Positions 13,892 through 27,115 of a stretch of 64,000 nt of DNA are shown here, one piece after another (the stretch's first letter is position 1; every line of letters starts with the position of its first letter). A program made the position numbers and the translations under genes. The notes under the pieces were generated by a model that worked only from the letters and a program-made list of their open reading frames with translations, searched no databases and had not been told where the DNA came from. The DNA comes from Octopus vulgaris (taxonomy: Eukaryota), in contig OX597837.1 in NCBI GenBank assembly GCA_951406725.2, positions 9,424,001 to 9,488,000 on the forward strand, given 5' to 3'.

Positions 13892-14030
13892 TGGTTTTAA
13901 ATTTTGCCACAAGGGCAGCGATGCTGGGGGAGGGGATGAGGGAATTACATCGAACCCTCAGCGTTTAGCTGGTACTTATTTTATCGACCCCGAAAGGTAA
14001 AGTTGAACTCTGCGGAATTTGAACTCGGAA
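13892..14030 (-). mobile_element. SINE type C (Nin/Deu-like domain), partial
   Basis: Minus strand contains CTTTCGGGGTCGATAAAATAAGTACC, the conserved Nin/Deu-type central motif. Confidence 0.75.
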
Positions 14031-14040
14031 ATAAAATAAG

Positions 14041-14200
14041 GGGCAGGAGTGGCTGTGTGGTAAGTAGCTTCCTTACCAACCACACGGTTCCGGGTTCAGT
14101 CCCACTGCGTGGCATCTTGGGCAAGTGTGTCTGCTATAGCCCCGGGCCGACCAATGTCTTGTGAGTGGATTTGGTAGACGGAAACTGAAAGAAGCCTCTC

Positions 14201-14242
<42 letters not shown>

Positions 14243-14468
14243 GTGTGTATATGTTTGTGTGTCTGTGTTTGTCCCCCCACCATCACTTGACAACCGATGC
14301 TGGTGTGTTTACGTCCCCGTCACTTAGCGGTTAGGCAAAAAGTGACGGATAGAATAAGTACTGGGCTTACAAAGAATAAGTCTCGAGGTCGATTTGCTCG
14401 ACTAAAGGTGGTGCTCCAGCATGGCCGCAGTCAAATGACTGAAACAAGTAAAAGAGTCAAAAAGAGTA
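14041..14468 (+). mobile_element. SINE type A, full length with internal (TA)n
   Basis: A box TGGCTGTGTGG, B box GGTTCAGTCCC, internal (TA)n at 14202-14232, 3' end GAAACAAGTAAAAGAGT. More than 10 homologous copies in the window. Confidence 0.92.
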
Positions 14469-15516
14469 AGTGTTCACCAATAAAAGTTTTAGCCGAGGCT
14501 ACATCAGATTGTCTATGTGGTAACTCAACCAGCTAGAAACAGTAGCCCATCCACCTTTACATTATACGTTGCTCTCTCAGAAAATAAGAACACGAGAACT
14601 TAGATTGTCCTAGTTACGCTAAACCGCGAGAAAAAGTTTTCATATTAGCGGACGGAGTTTTTTTCTTCTTTTTTCATAGCTCTGTTCTATGTAGAATGAT
14701 GTATGAGTTAGCAACAACAACAATAGAAATAGTAACAGCAACAACAATAACAAGACGCAATGGACCGTCTTTTAAAATACAAAGAGTATAGATAGCATTT
14801 TAAAACCTTGCAGCATTCATTTAATAGCTCATTTAGAATTTAACAATGGCTTCCGGAATCATTTACTGGAAGAAACCGAAAACGGAAGACTCTTAGTTTT
14901 ACTCGTTTGAGCCAATCTCTATTTTAATATATTTCAGACTCTAAAATCAGAAGCTATAGAATATTGGATAGACACATTTCCTAACTTGTTCGAAAATATA
15001 CGCTTTAAAACTTCCATAATTGAAGCTATTTATTATGGTAAACCAAAATTCGATAGATAATGGAACTGGCAAAAGTTTCTTTGCGTTAATGGAGAGTAAA
15101 GTAGCTACAAGAATCTCCAACCTATTTATTCTGGTTATTCTGTGTCTATTAAACATTTTCGCATTACCATAAGCCTTCGTGGGACCCTCTACGAGGTTAC
15201 TCGATACAGTAGAATTAATAGCAGTCAAAATTTACTCAGCTGACGCTAGATTGGGTTTATCCTTATTGCATGATATAAAATGCCATGCGGTGTTTAATTC
15301 TGGAATGATATGAACTGGCATCAAATACCACGGAGGAAAACAATGCCGTTCATTCGTCCGGAGATTATATCATTAGGCATCTCCTAGGTCCCTCCTTGTG
15401 TTCAGAGGTCGGACTTTCAAGAGTCTCCAAGACCCTTTCGGTTGTGTCATATGCATATAAGCAGTTGGACCCTTTTTTCCTAATCATTCTTTGATTTCTT
15501 CAATTTAAATACCTCT

Positions 15517-15548
<32 letters not shown>

Positions 15549-15640
15549 ATTTGGCTCAAAAGCAAATAGCAAGGCCATGTAGGAGGACATGGAGTTAAGT
15601 ACAGGGTGGTGTTCATGTAAAGAGTTCAGGCCACGAGGGT
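15517..15640 (-). mobile_element. Probable LINE 3' end with (TAAC)n tail
   Basis: GC-richer segment ending on the minus strand in a (TAAC)n tandem tail, as in CR1/L2-type 3' ends. Confidence 0.35.
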
Positions 15641-16107
15641 CACTTGCTCTCTTTCACTACACATTTCCTGAGAAGATGGACTTGGGTAATGAGGCGTGGC
15701 GAATTGCATATTCAATATACGATAGCTGTTTTCGAACGGATTCCACGAGGTACCATAGATACTAGGAGCTGATATAATTCAACTGGAGTGGTGGTGGGGG
15801 TCTCTCACGATTCTGCAAGAATTTTCAACGAAATAAACTTCGTACTAGAATTTCCATTTTTGTGTTGGGGCTAAGTGGATGACGAAGGCATAAATTACCT
15901 CATAAGATACAGTGGTCACGTCCGGAACATTAATGACACCTATCCAACCTGATCAGCTATTATATGCTTTGGAAGACATGATAATGGTACAACAATTGTC
16001 ATGCCGGGTCAATAGCTAAGGTGTTATGTGACGTGACCAAGCTGTTTGATATTAGTTCCGAAGGTCAGTTCGCAAAAGAGGAAATGGAGGGGGAAAGGAG
16101 AAAAATG

Positions 16108-16159
<52 letters not shown>

Positions 16160-16161
16160 TG

Positions 16162-16225
<64 letters not shown>

Positions 16226-16238
16226 CAATAATAATAAT

Positions 16239-16504
16239 ATCTAAAAACAGAAACAATTCCTATCATAGTAGGTGCATTAGGCATGATAAGAAAATATTCA
16301 GACAAATATATAACAAAAACACCAGGACTTACAAACACATATAACATACAGAAAATTGCACTACTAGGCACTGCACACATCCTACGCAGAACACTTTACA
16401 TACAATAACCACCAGAGCATCACAACAAATCACAGCACATACCCAAGGCACACAGAGCTGCGCTCGGTAGTGAAGTGAAAGCATGCTATAAAAATAAAAC
16501 TACA

Positions 16505-16505
<1 letters not shown>
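16239..16505 (+). mobile_element. R4/Dong LINE 3' fragment, copy 1
   Basis: LKTETIPIIVGALGMIRKYSDKY...QKIALLGTAHILRRTL* plus 3' UTR. (TAA)n on both sides. Confidence 0.9.
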
Positions 16506-16595
<90 letters not shown>

Positions 16596-16597
<2 letters not shown>

Positions 16598-17081
16598 GGT
16601 CACAGAAAACGAGAAAGCAACCATACTCTGGGATATGCCGATACACACAGATAGAGAAATTAAGGCCAACAGACCAGATATAGTTGTCAGAGATCATGAA
16701 GAAAAAAATGCTTTCTAATTGATGTATCAATACCGGCTGATGACAACGTGTCTCTAAAAGAAATGGAGAAACTCTCAAAATACAAAGACCTGGAAATAGA
16801 GGTAACTAGAATGTGGAATCTGAAAACAGAAACAATTCCTATCATAGTAGGTGCATTAGGCATGATAAAAAAATATTCAGACAAATACATAACAAAAACA
16901 CCAGGACTTACAAACACATATAACATACAGAAAATTGTACTACTAGGCACTGCACACATCCTACGCAGAACACTTTCCATACAATAACCATCAGAGCATC
17001 ACAACAAATCACAGCACATACCCAAGGCACACAGAGCTGTGCTCGGTATTGAAGTGAAAGCACGCTATAAAAATAAAACTA

Positions 17082-17084
<3 letters not shown>
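16596..17084 (+). mobile_element. R4/Dong LINE 3' fragment with complete RLE motif, copy 2
   Basis: VTENEKATILWDMPIHTDREIKANRPDIVV..(frameshift)..LIDVSIP..KEMEKLSKYKDLEIEVTRMW..PIIVGALG..GTAHILRRTLSIQ*, a PD-D-K nuclease. (TAA)n on both sides. Confidence 0.93.
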
Positions 17085-17179
<95 letters not shown>

Positions 17180-17180
<1 letters not shown>

Positions 17181-17508
17181 TATGAAATAACAAAAGAAAA
17201 GATATGGTATAGATACATCCCAGAAAAGGTCACGGAAAAGATGAGAAAGTAACCATAGGCTGGGATTTGTCAATACACACAGAGAAATCAAGGCTAATAA
17301 GCCGGATATAGTTGTCAGAGATCACCAAGAAGAACAATTCTTCCTAATTGATGTACCAATACAAACATATGACAATGATTCTCTAATAGAAACGGAGAAA
17401 CTTGCAAAATACAAAGATCTGGAAATCTGGGTAAATCTAATGGGGAGCTTAAAAACAGAAACAATTCCTCTCATAATAGGCGCATTAGGTATGATAAAAA
17501 CATACAGA
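17180..17508 (+). mobile_element. R4/Dong LINE RLE fragment, copy 3 (older, diverged)
   Basis: WYRYIPEKVTE..WDLSIHT..IKANKPDIVVRD..LIDVPI..EKLAKYKDLEI..LKTETIPLIIGALG. The 3' end is lost at (TG)n. Confidence 0.85.
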
Positions 17509-17536
17509 CGGATATATGTACGTGTGTGTCTTTGTG

Positions 17537-17584
<48 letters not shown>

Positions 17585-18034
17585 TGTGTGTGCGTGTATA
17601 CGTACATACACAAGCGCACACATATTCATATGCACTTATCGTTCTCTTTCCTTTCTACTACCGCTAAGTAATTTGACCAACACTCTAAAGGTCAGCCAAC
17701 AAACAGAGATATGCATTGTAAGCTAATGGATGCTCTACGATAAAGTCTAAGAGGAAAATTACGTCACTTAACACCCAAAAAATTTCGCTCACCAAACAGA
17801 GACACAGACGAGAAATGTTAGGTTCTAAGAGGGCCTTGTTGTTAGTGACAGTGGTTAAGCATACGGGAGCTCTGATAAAGGGGACTTCTCATGAAAGTCG
17901 TTCCATCCATGACTGTCACGTTAATTTGTTTAGGAAGATCTATATTGCAAACATATTTTTATCCACTTCCAAGAGTCTACTGTGCTATCTCAAAAATTTA
18001 ATTGGCGTTAGTCTATTAATATATTACAAGAACG

Positions 18035-18345
18035 CGCGGCGTCGATGTGTGATAAGTTCGCTTCTTGACAACATGGCTCCGGTTTCAATCCCACTGCAGG
18101 ACATTTCGTCCAAGTGTCTTCTACTATAGTCTCAAGCCGATCAAACCTTATGAGTGGATTTGGTAGATGGAAACTGGAAGGAGACCATCGTACACACACA
18201 CACACAGACACACACATATATATATTTATGTATATATATATGTGCATGCGCGTGTGCGTGTATGTGTATGTGTGTGCGTTTATGTATATGTTAGAACCGT
18301 TGTTGTTGTGTTTATGTCCCCGTAATTTGGCGGTTCGACAAACGA
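18035..18345 (+). mobile_element. SINE type A, diverged
   Basis: CCGGTTTCAATCCCACTGC..CAAGTGTCTTCTACTATAG..GAGTGGATTTGGTAGATGGAAACTG. Confidence 0.7.
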
Positions 18346-18976
18346 GAGCCTCACAAAAAAGACAAAGACAAAAATTGGCGCTTATCAGGGTAACTTTGAA
18401 AATCGCAATTAAAACAAATACGACATTATAAAAGGTCGAAAAAGGAATAGAATTAGAAAATCTAAGAGAACAAAGGGAATGAATGTATATTCCCTAAAAC
18501 ATTTTTTTTTCTGTCCTTGTTTTCGTATACACTCTCTGCTTTCTTCCAAGAAATCTAGTGCTCTTAGCTTACCTTTTCCTTGAGGGTGACCAGAATGAAA
18601 GCGCTTGCACACTTATTAAAGCCCGCACACAATGAGTGAAATTCCTTCCTAAGTGTCTCTACCGTTCTACTCTCTAAAAGTTTTTTTCTAAATCTTAACT
18701 TTTTGCAAAGAAATCATTCTCTAAATATGGTAACAGTATCAAGTAATTTCCTAAATACTCTAAATATCTGTAAAGATATATATATATATGTGTGTGTGCA
18801 TGTGTGTGTGTGTCTGTATGTATATACATGTACATACGCAAATATATATATATACATACATAAACACACACATACAGAAACATACGCACACACATATATA
18901 TATACGTCGGCATAGAAGCAATCTTCACGCATAAGTATTCGAATCGCTATTTATCTATTTATCTATCTATCTACAT

Positions 18977-19056
<80 letters not shown>

Positions 19057-19084
19057 ATATATATATATATATAATATATATATA

Positions 19085-19115
<31 letters not shown>

Positions 19116-19392
19116 CTTTATATGTATGTATGTATGTATATGTAGTTACGCATATGTTTCATATGAGAATTATATATGCTACATAGTAGAAAACATTTCA
19201 TTAGAAGGCATTGTATTCAATTTTGGTATCCATTTCTTGCCAGACATTAATTAAAGCTAATTAATGCGGAAGGGCATCATAAAAATCGAAGACACATTAT
19301 GCCTCATCGGGAAAAAAAAAGTTATATTTTTCATCTCTAAATAACGATATGATAAATAGATATCTAAACATATATGTGTACATAGATATTTC

Positions 19393-19665
<273 letters not shown>

Positions 19666-19695
19666 TGTCTCTCTCCCTCTCTCTATCTCTCTATT

Positions 19696-19732
<37 letters not shown>

Positions 19733-19737
19733 CGGAA

Positions 19738-19790
<53 letters not shown>

Positions 19791-19932
19791 GCATATAAAT
19801 ACTTGTGTGTACGTGCTTCTACGTCCCTTTCTACTTCCCTCCCTCTGTCTCTGTCTCTGCTGCTCTTTTCCTCTCTAGCTCTCTCTGTATATATATGTAT
19901 ATATATATACACACGCACACATACACAAACGC

Positions 19933-19979
<47 letters not shown>

Positions 19980-20172
19980 TGTATACGTGTGTGTATGTAT
20001 GTGTAAATAAATATATTCTGCTTCAAGTGTGTAGATCTTATATATTTGGAAAAAGGAGGTTGTCAGAATTCCAGAGAATTATTTATATAGCGTTTTAGAG
20101 ATTCATCAGGAATGTTCCGTATATATATTCATCCACATGAATGTATATACATATATATGTACATATATACAC

Positions 20173-20203
<31 letters not shown>

Positions 20204-20554
20204 AAGAGAGAGACAGAGAGACAGAGAGACGGACAGACAGACAAACGCATAGAGGGGCAGACAGGCAGGCAGAGACTTTCCTATTGGATTGCCTTGCTAA
20301 GAAGCGTGAGTGAACATTCTGCTTTCTTAAATCAGTTTCCTAATTACTCCAATTATGAGTATGGCTTTAAATCCAAGCCTCATGTGTTGCGCTGCGTTCG
20401 ATTTTATCTTGGACCAATTTGTGTATGTATGTATGTATGTATGTATGTATGTATGTATGTATGTATGTATGTATGTATGTATGTATGTATGTATGTATGT
20501 ATGTATGTATCTGTGTGTGTATCTATCTATCTATCAATGTCTATATATATATAC

Positions 20555-20769
20555 AGAACACCATGATGGACCGTTAGCCCCTACACGCATTTTTTTCTCT
20601 CCTTATTTCTCTCCTTGTTTTTTTTTTCTATGTATCTTTCTGTTGAAAGAGCGTAGGCTCGAAACGTAAAAGACTTGTTTTATTTCTATTCCTGAGCGCC
20701 ATACTAATACAATTGTTTGTTTGTACTCCACCTGCCTTCGTCTTTTGTTTATTTTCGTAAACCTTCCCG

Positions 20770-20772
<3 letters not shown>
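20555..20772 (+). mobile_element. Family H1 element, left arm of inverted pair
   Basis: Homologous to 33325-33512. Contains a hammerhead-like motif at 20635-20673. Confidence 0.8.
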
Positions 20773-20819
<47 letters not shown>

Positions 20820-20917
20820 TGTTAAGCAGGACGTCAAACATTAAGCCAAGGCATATGCAATATTATTTATTATAGGAAGAAATTCAAAATCTTACAGCCT
20901 TTTCTGGTTATACGCCA

Positions 20918-21087
20918 TATTAGTATGGCGCTCAGGAATAGAAATAAAACAAGTCTTTTACGTTTCGAGCCTACGCTCTTCGACAGAAAGATACACAGAA
21001 AAGAAACACAGAAAGAAGCAAGGAGAGAAAAAAATGTGTGTAGGGGCTAACGGTCCATCATGGTGTTCTGTATATATATATAGACAT
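20918..21087 (-). mobile_element. Family H1 element, inverted copy
   Basis: Reverse complement of 20537-20709. Confidence 0.85.
20954..20991 (-). ncRNA. Minimal type I hammerhead-like motif (CUGUCGA variant)
   Basis: Minus strand TCTTT-CTGTCGA-A-GAGC-GTAG-GCTC-GAAA-CG-TA-AAAGA: 5-bp stem I, 4-bp stem II, palindromic ACGU stem III, GUA site. Confidence 0.65.
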
Positions 21088-21436
21088 CAGAGACAAATTG
21101 GGGGGAAAATGTGGAAAATGAAAATGGTGTATATAAATAAGATGGCAACACAGAGGAAGGTAGTAAAAGAATAAGGTGAAGGCTATAGAAAAGAAAAAAG
21201 ATGCATAAAAGTTCATAGTTCAACCTTCCGAAGTAATAGCAATCAAAGCATGAATCATTAGGTGCAATTCTGCGCAGATCCATGAGCGTAGGTTATTAAG
21301 AGCAATCTTGCGTATAACCATAGAGTGAGGCAGAGAGAGGATAAAAGAAAAAGAGAGACAAAGTGAGAAAAAGATAGATTGATAGAATAGATGGATGGAT
21401 AGATAAACAGACAGATAGACAGACAGACAGACAGAC

Positions 21437-21519
<83 letters not shown>

Positions 21520-21633
21520 GACTGACTGATTGGTTTACAGGCCCTTCCCACATACATATAAGAGTTCAGGATTCAAGTAAACCAGGTATAGATACTTATA
21601 CATACATACATACATACATACATACATACATAC

Positions 21634-21664
<31 letters not shown>

Positions 21665-22086
21665 CATAATACTTACATACATATATAAATGCATAGATGC
21701 CTGCATATATAAAGTGAAGAATGATTCAAAAGTATTGGTGAAGTTTGCAAAGATGTATCATTGAAAAGATAGCATCTGCTCCTGAGGTTTTGATACGGGC
21801 AACTGTTAATATACGGCTTTACTCCAGGAAATTCTACTTTGTCTGTATAAACTGAAGACGTCAGACGATCTGTTTGCAAGGCTGCCGCTATTTATCTTCA
21901 GTATCATTGATGTTTGTAAAGAAATCTTTGATGGTGCAAGAATTACTGAATAATGAAGCCAGTTAGTTAGAAATGGATAAATGAAATAAATGAATTACTT
22001 TTGTTTCAGCTAAACTTGCCTTTAACGATTATATATCTACGCATACATATATATATGTGGAGATGGGGTGTATGTAAGAATATAAA

Positions 22087-22143
<57 letters not shown>

Positions 22144-22847
22144 ATATACATATATAAATATATATATACATATATATAAATATATACATATACATACATA
22201 ACTATATATATATATATGTGTGTGTGTGTGTTGTGTGTGTGTATGTATGTATGTATGTATGTATATATATATATATATATGTATATTATACATATATATA
22301 TATATATATGTATACATATATATATATGTATGTATACAAAGATATATATATATATTAAAGATTATTCGCTAACTTGGTTTTTTAATCTAGTTTGCAAGAT
22401 TCTTTAGACACAACACAGTATATATATAACAAATGATACATTTCTGCGTATGTATGAGCGTATATAAGCTTATATATGTATATATATATATATATATATG
22501 TGTGTGTAGTATTACGTGTATACATTTCCCTTTCTAAGCATGCGTATATACATATATATATATATATATGCGTATGTGTCTATGGATGCATGCATATTGT
22601 ATACTATGTGTATTTAATATGCATATATAAGTGTGTGTGTGTGTGTGGTCTTAAAGATATAATGAAGCGATTGTTCATCTAGATCAAAAATTAACTGAAT
22701 GCTAGTAAGGTGGGCATGGCTGGAAATCTTTTTGCCGTGTGACTGCTATATCAGGGCTGACTTGTGGTAAGTAAAAATGAGGAGAAATTATTGTATGTAA
22801 TTTTATCTTTCGATGTGTGACTGACACACTGGGGTCGACGCACTGGG

Positions 22848-22910
22848 TTCGATGTCCTTGTCTGCCCCCTGTGTTTAGCCCCTTGTGAGCAATAAAGAAA
22901 TGTCTATCTA
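22848..22910 (+). mobile_element. Short Tx1-like 3' terminus
   Basis: GTGTTTAGCCCCTTGTGAGCAATAAAGAAATGTCTATCTA resembles GTGTGCAGCCCTGTGTGGCTAATAAAGAAACATATCTATCTA at 41999-42040. Confidence 0.5.
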
Positions 22911-23049
22911 AATATATATATGTGTGTGTGTATACATAATATGCATACAAATCCATATATTTATCTTAATGTATATCAAACTCTCTCCCTCTCTCTCTCT
23001 ATACACACATACACACACACACACACACATTGATATCAATACAGTAGTG

Positions 23050-23343
23050 TTTCTCTTCTGTTGTTCCTTCTCGAGCCAGGCCTGCCTCATAAGGGCCGGT
23101 TTCCTTGGCGTATAGGTTCCCCACCTGGTTGGAACGCCGGTCCGTCGCAGGTGAGCTGCAAGATGCAGGGGGAAAGAGTGAGAGAAACTTGTAGCGAAAG
23201 AGTCAGCAGAAGTTTGCCATTTCCTTCTGTCGGAGCCGCATGGATCTTAGGTGTTTCGCTCATAAACAAAAACATCGCCCGGTCTGAGATTCGAACCTGC
23301 GATCCCTCGACCGCGAGTCAAACCACTAGGCCATGTGCCTCCA
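23050..23343 (-). mobile_element. tRNA-derived SINE, head B variant + tail Y variant
   Basis: Minus strand GGAGGCACATGGCCTAGTGG..GGTTCGAATCTCAGACCGGGCG..TTTCTCTCACTCT..CCTGCGACGGACCGGCG..GGAAACCGGCCC. Confidence 0.8.
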
Positions 23344-23757
23344 CAATACAGTGGTGTTTGTGTGTGTGTGTGTATGTGTATTTTTCTATATCTATCACTG
23401 TGCGTTTATGAGTGTATGACAGATCCAGTATTATCTCTTAAATAAGAGTTCGTATGATTCAACTGTGAGAGGAACGGGGTGTTTGCCAAAACATATTCCA
23501 AGTATCTGAGAAAAGCGCAATGCTCTAATCTGCTGAATTCGAAAAAGAGGAAAGCTTGTGTATTTTGGCAAATCGCTATATATCTTGTGTTTAGGGAGGA
23601 TCTCTGGAACGGGATTTAGTAGGAAATCTTCTTAATATGGAAATCCTCATTATTAAATCACTATCTGATTGACATTCAGTTTGTTAGGAGGACTAGCTAT
23701 CATTATCTCTCTATCAGGTTACCTATTTCTCTCTCTCTCTCTCTATCTATCTATCTG

Positions 23758-23826
<69 letters not shown>

Positions 23827-23881
23827 TTAATTATCTATCATTCCATCTAACTATCTGTGTAGCAATCTATCTATCTATATA

Positions 23882-23914
<33 letters not shown>

Positions 23915-23919
23915 GTGCG

Positions 23920-23984
<65 letters not shown>

Positions 23985-24129
23985 TAACACATATACATAC
24001 ACATATATATGCATACAAAAACATATAAATATGTCTGTACATGTATACACACACACACATACATACATACATTCATACATAGATACATGCATGTTTGAAT
24101 GTATGCATGCGATCATACATAGGCCCAAA

Positions 24130-24168
<39 letters not shown>

Positions 24169-24904
24169 GAGAGAGAGAGATATGTAGATAGACAGACAGA
24201 TAGATAAATAGATATATAGATAGATAGATAGATACATACATACATGCATACATACATACATACATACATACATACATGTATGCATGCATGCATACATACA
24301 TACATACATACACATGGCGCATTTTTCTTGCATCCATCTACGCATATCCGATAACATAAGCACATACTTGCATACACACACACACACTGACACACACACA
24401 CGTACTACCACAGATACGTACGCACAAATACACGTATAGGAGTCTCAGGTATAAATATTCTCTATACTGCAGTCTCCTATACATGACAGATTCGTACATC
24501 CTGTGGTTTTTATAGTGACAGACACTGTGTAGTTTAGCTGATTATTGACTCGTCTGTCAGTTTCGTAAGAAACTTCGTCTTTAATACGTGACAGGTGTAA
24601 TCTAGCAAAACTTTCCGCCATAGCTACCATTTTATGTCGTTCACCGCTCCTTATAATCTAACAGACTTCCTTTGCGTTTTGACTGCACGTGTTCTGTGTG
24701 TGTGCTTTTGTGTGTGTGTGTGTGAGTGTTTGTGCGTGTTTGTGTCTGTATGAATGTAATTTTTACCATTCCACACACGCTACATGCACCATATGTGTAT
24801 TCTGAGATTACATCCCATAGCAACTTTTTAACCAAACTATACACTCTTGTACATTCTATACATGAGGTACCTTATGTATATATATATATTTATATATATG
24901 TATG

Positions 24905-24964
<60 letters not shown>

Positions 24965-26649
24965 TGTATGTATTTACATGTGAATTTATGCATTTATACA
25001 AATACATCCGTACGTGTACACAGTCAGACCTACGCACTCACAGAAACATACACACACACGTACATGAAAATATATGTCTACCTGTATGCGTACATTTTAT
25101 GCATGTATTTGCTTCCATAGTTTGGTTTAGCGCTCGTATTCATTAAAATAGTCCCACCGGAATGTAGAAGATGCGGTCGCAGTTGCAGAAATAACTCTGA
25201 AGATGACAGCATGCTGGTCATCTCTGATGTCCCAGGCATTCAATTTGTTTCCTGTAAACGTTTGTAACACTTTGTAAAGTGTCAGTAAAACGAAAACGGT
25301 CTCCGTCTTTGTGGTTCATTACCTCAATCAAACATTCAATATATTGCGTTGAGATATCTTTGTATATGGTAACTGGCGAAGTTTCATACATTCCAGCTTC
25401 TGCTCAAAAACCTTGCTGTCTCTCTGCTGTCTTTTTTATCACTACCAAAATGGCCTCTACATCCTTGGAGATTGCTAAACCTGTTTCACTTCCAATTACG
25501 CTTTGTCTATCCAACTGTCACTCTCTGCCTCTACCGTGTTGCGTCAACGAACTGCACCGCCCTGTACGAATTGCTATGCCTCGGCCTTTCTCCTTATACA
25601 TATTGCCTTTTATTCGTTTATTCTTATATTTGTTTTAATCATTGAACTAGTTAAAAAAAAAACGGGCATATACTCTCCAAAGCATTTGGAAGCTTTCTAA
25701 ACTTTATTTTATCGTAGATTCATGAGAGAAGGCAGTGCCGATCACAATTCACAGGGCTTCAGAGACTTGTGCGGGGGAAATTGGTCGGTATTCTCAAATC
25801 GGAGACCCAACCAAAATGCATACAATAGTATTGGCTCCGACAATTCACCCAAATAGTCAAGTGGAACAGTTTAGCCGGGCCACTCTGTCACCCATGATAA
25901 ATACACATACCACCCGAAGTACAGAGAAAATTAAAGCTTTTCTGCTGTAAGTCATTCCAAATGGCTATGATGTTAAGACGCTCGCTTTACAATTATGCTG
26001 TTTTGGTTATGTGCCACTGCACGGCACCTTGAGCAAGTGTCTTCTACTACATGCTTAGATGGACCAGGGTTTTGTGAATGAATTTGGCAGACGGAAATTT
26101 TGTGTCTAGATGACTAGGTACATCATTGTGCTTGCTCTTGAATCGTTTCCAACACCTATGACGCAGCTTAGCGGTGCCTCAAATAAAACCACTGCAATCA
26201 GTACGAGACAAGATGTTACACCTGCATGGCCGCTATCCAATGAATGAAACGCGTAAATGATAAAATATAAATTATTTAAACGAATAGCAGCGTAAACATC
26301 AGAAACCAATTATAATTTAAATATAGAATTAAAGAATACAAATGAAGGAACAAAAATTTTAGGCAGACAAGACTTTCGTGACTGGCACTTGAAGAACCTA
26401 TTTAAAGGTAATGATAAACATTTTTAATGGCAAATTACTATGGGATTTGCTAATTGGTTAACAAATACCAAGAAGTAGGAAAGGTTTCCATTATTGAGAC
26501 ATAAGAAATCAAATTAAAAATTGAAGTATATGACAGAGAAAAAGCGAAAAGATAAAAAAAAATTAATGATAGAAGTAAATTTCAAAAAGTCAATGAATTA
26601 AAAAATTGTGATTATCAGTGTTAGTAAAATAATCAGGAAGTCATAATTG

Positions 26650-27115
26650 TGTCGAATTTTGGCCCACGGTTACCAATTTTAGGTGTGTGGGGTTGATGAT
26701 GGCGTCGACACCGGTGTTCGACTAGTACTTATTTTATCGATCACGAAAGGATAAAAGCCAAAGATAATTACGTCTGAGTTCGAATTACGTCGGCGTAATT
26801 TGAACTCAGAATGTAAAGTGTCGGATGAAATGCCGCTAAGCATTTCGTCCAACACACAAACGATGTTGTGTGGTCGCTACCACAAATCAAGAACTAGTAA
26901 TTCTTGCAAATTAGGGCACAAGTGCAGCGATTCTGGTGGATATTGATGAGACAATTACATCGCTCGCGGAGATCGAACCGGTACTTAATATATAGACCCC
27001 GAAAGAATGAAAAAGAGAAGATGACGTCAGTTGTACTGGTGTTCAGAACATAGAGTCGGATGAAATAGTAGCAAGATTTTTGTCAGGTACGCTAACGATT
27101 CTGCCAGCTTCCAAC
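26650..27115 (-). mobile_element. Two tandem SINE type C copies
   Basis: GTACTTATTTTATCGA..CGAAAGGA..TTTGAACTCAGAA..GAAATGCCGCTAAGCATTTCG at 26650-26882, and a diverged repeat at 26900-27115 ending GCTAACGATTCTGCCAGCT. Confidence 0.7.

Noticed and set aside
14947-15480. Possible LINE ORF1 remnant (93-aa minus-strand ORF)
   Set aside because: Only a vague resemblance (ILVATLLSINAKKLL) with no zinc knuckle or other diagnostic motif.
15640-16060. Possible decayed RTE-like 3' coding region
   Set aside because: Motifs are too degraded to assign by eye.
16106-17180. CRISPR-like repeat/spacer alternation
   Set aside because: The repeats are variable-length microsatellites and the spacers are homologous LINE ends. 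There are no cas genes and the context is eukaryotic.
25150-25253. Possible minus-strand host exon (TTTACAG acceptor, open frame NKLNAWDIRDDQHAVIFRVISA)
   Set aside because: Weak donor, no recognisable protein and no partner exons. It needs RNA-seq or homology evidence.
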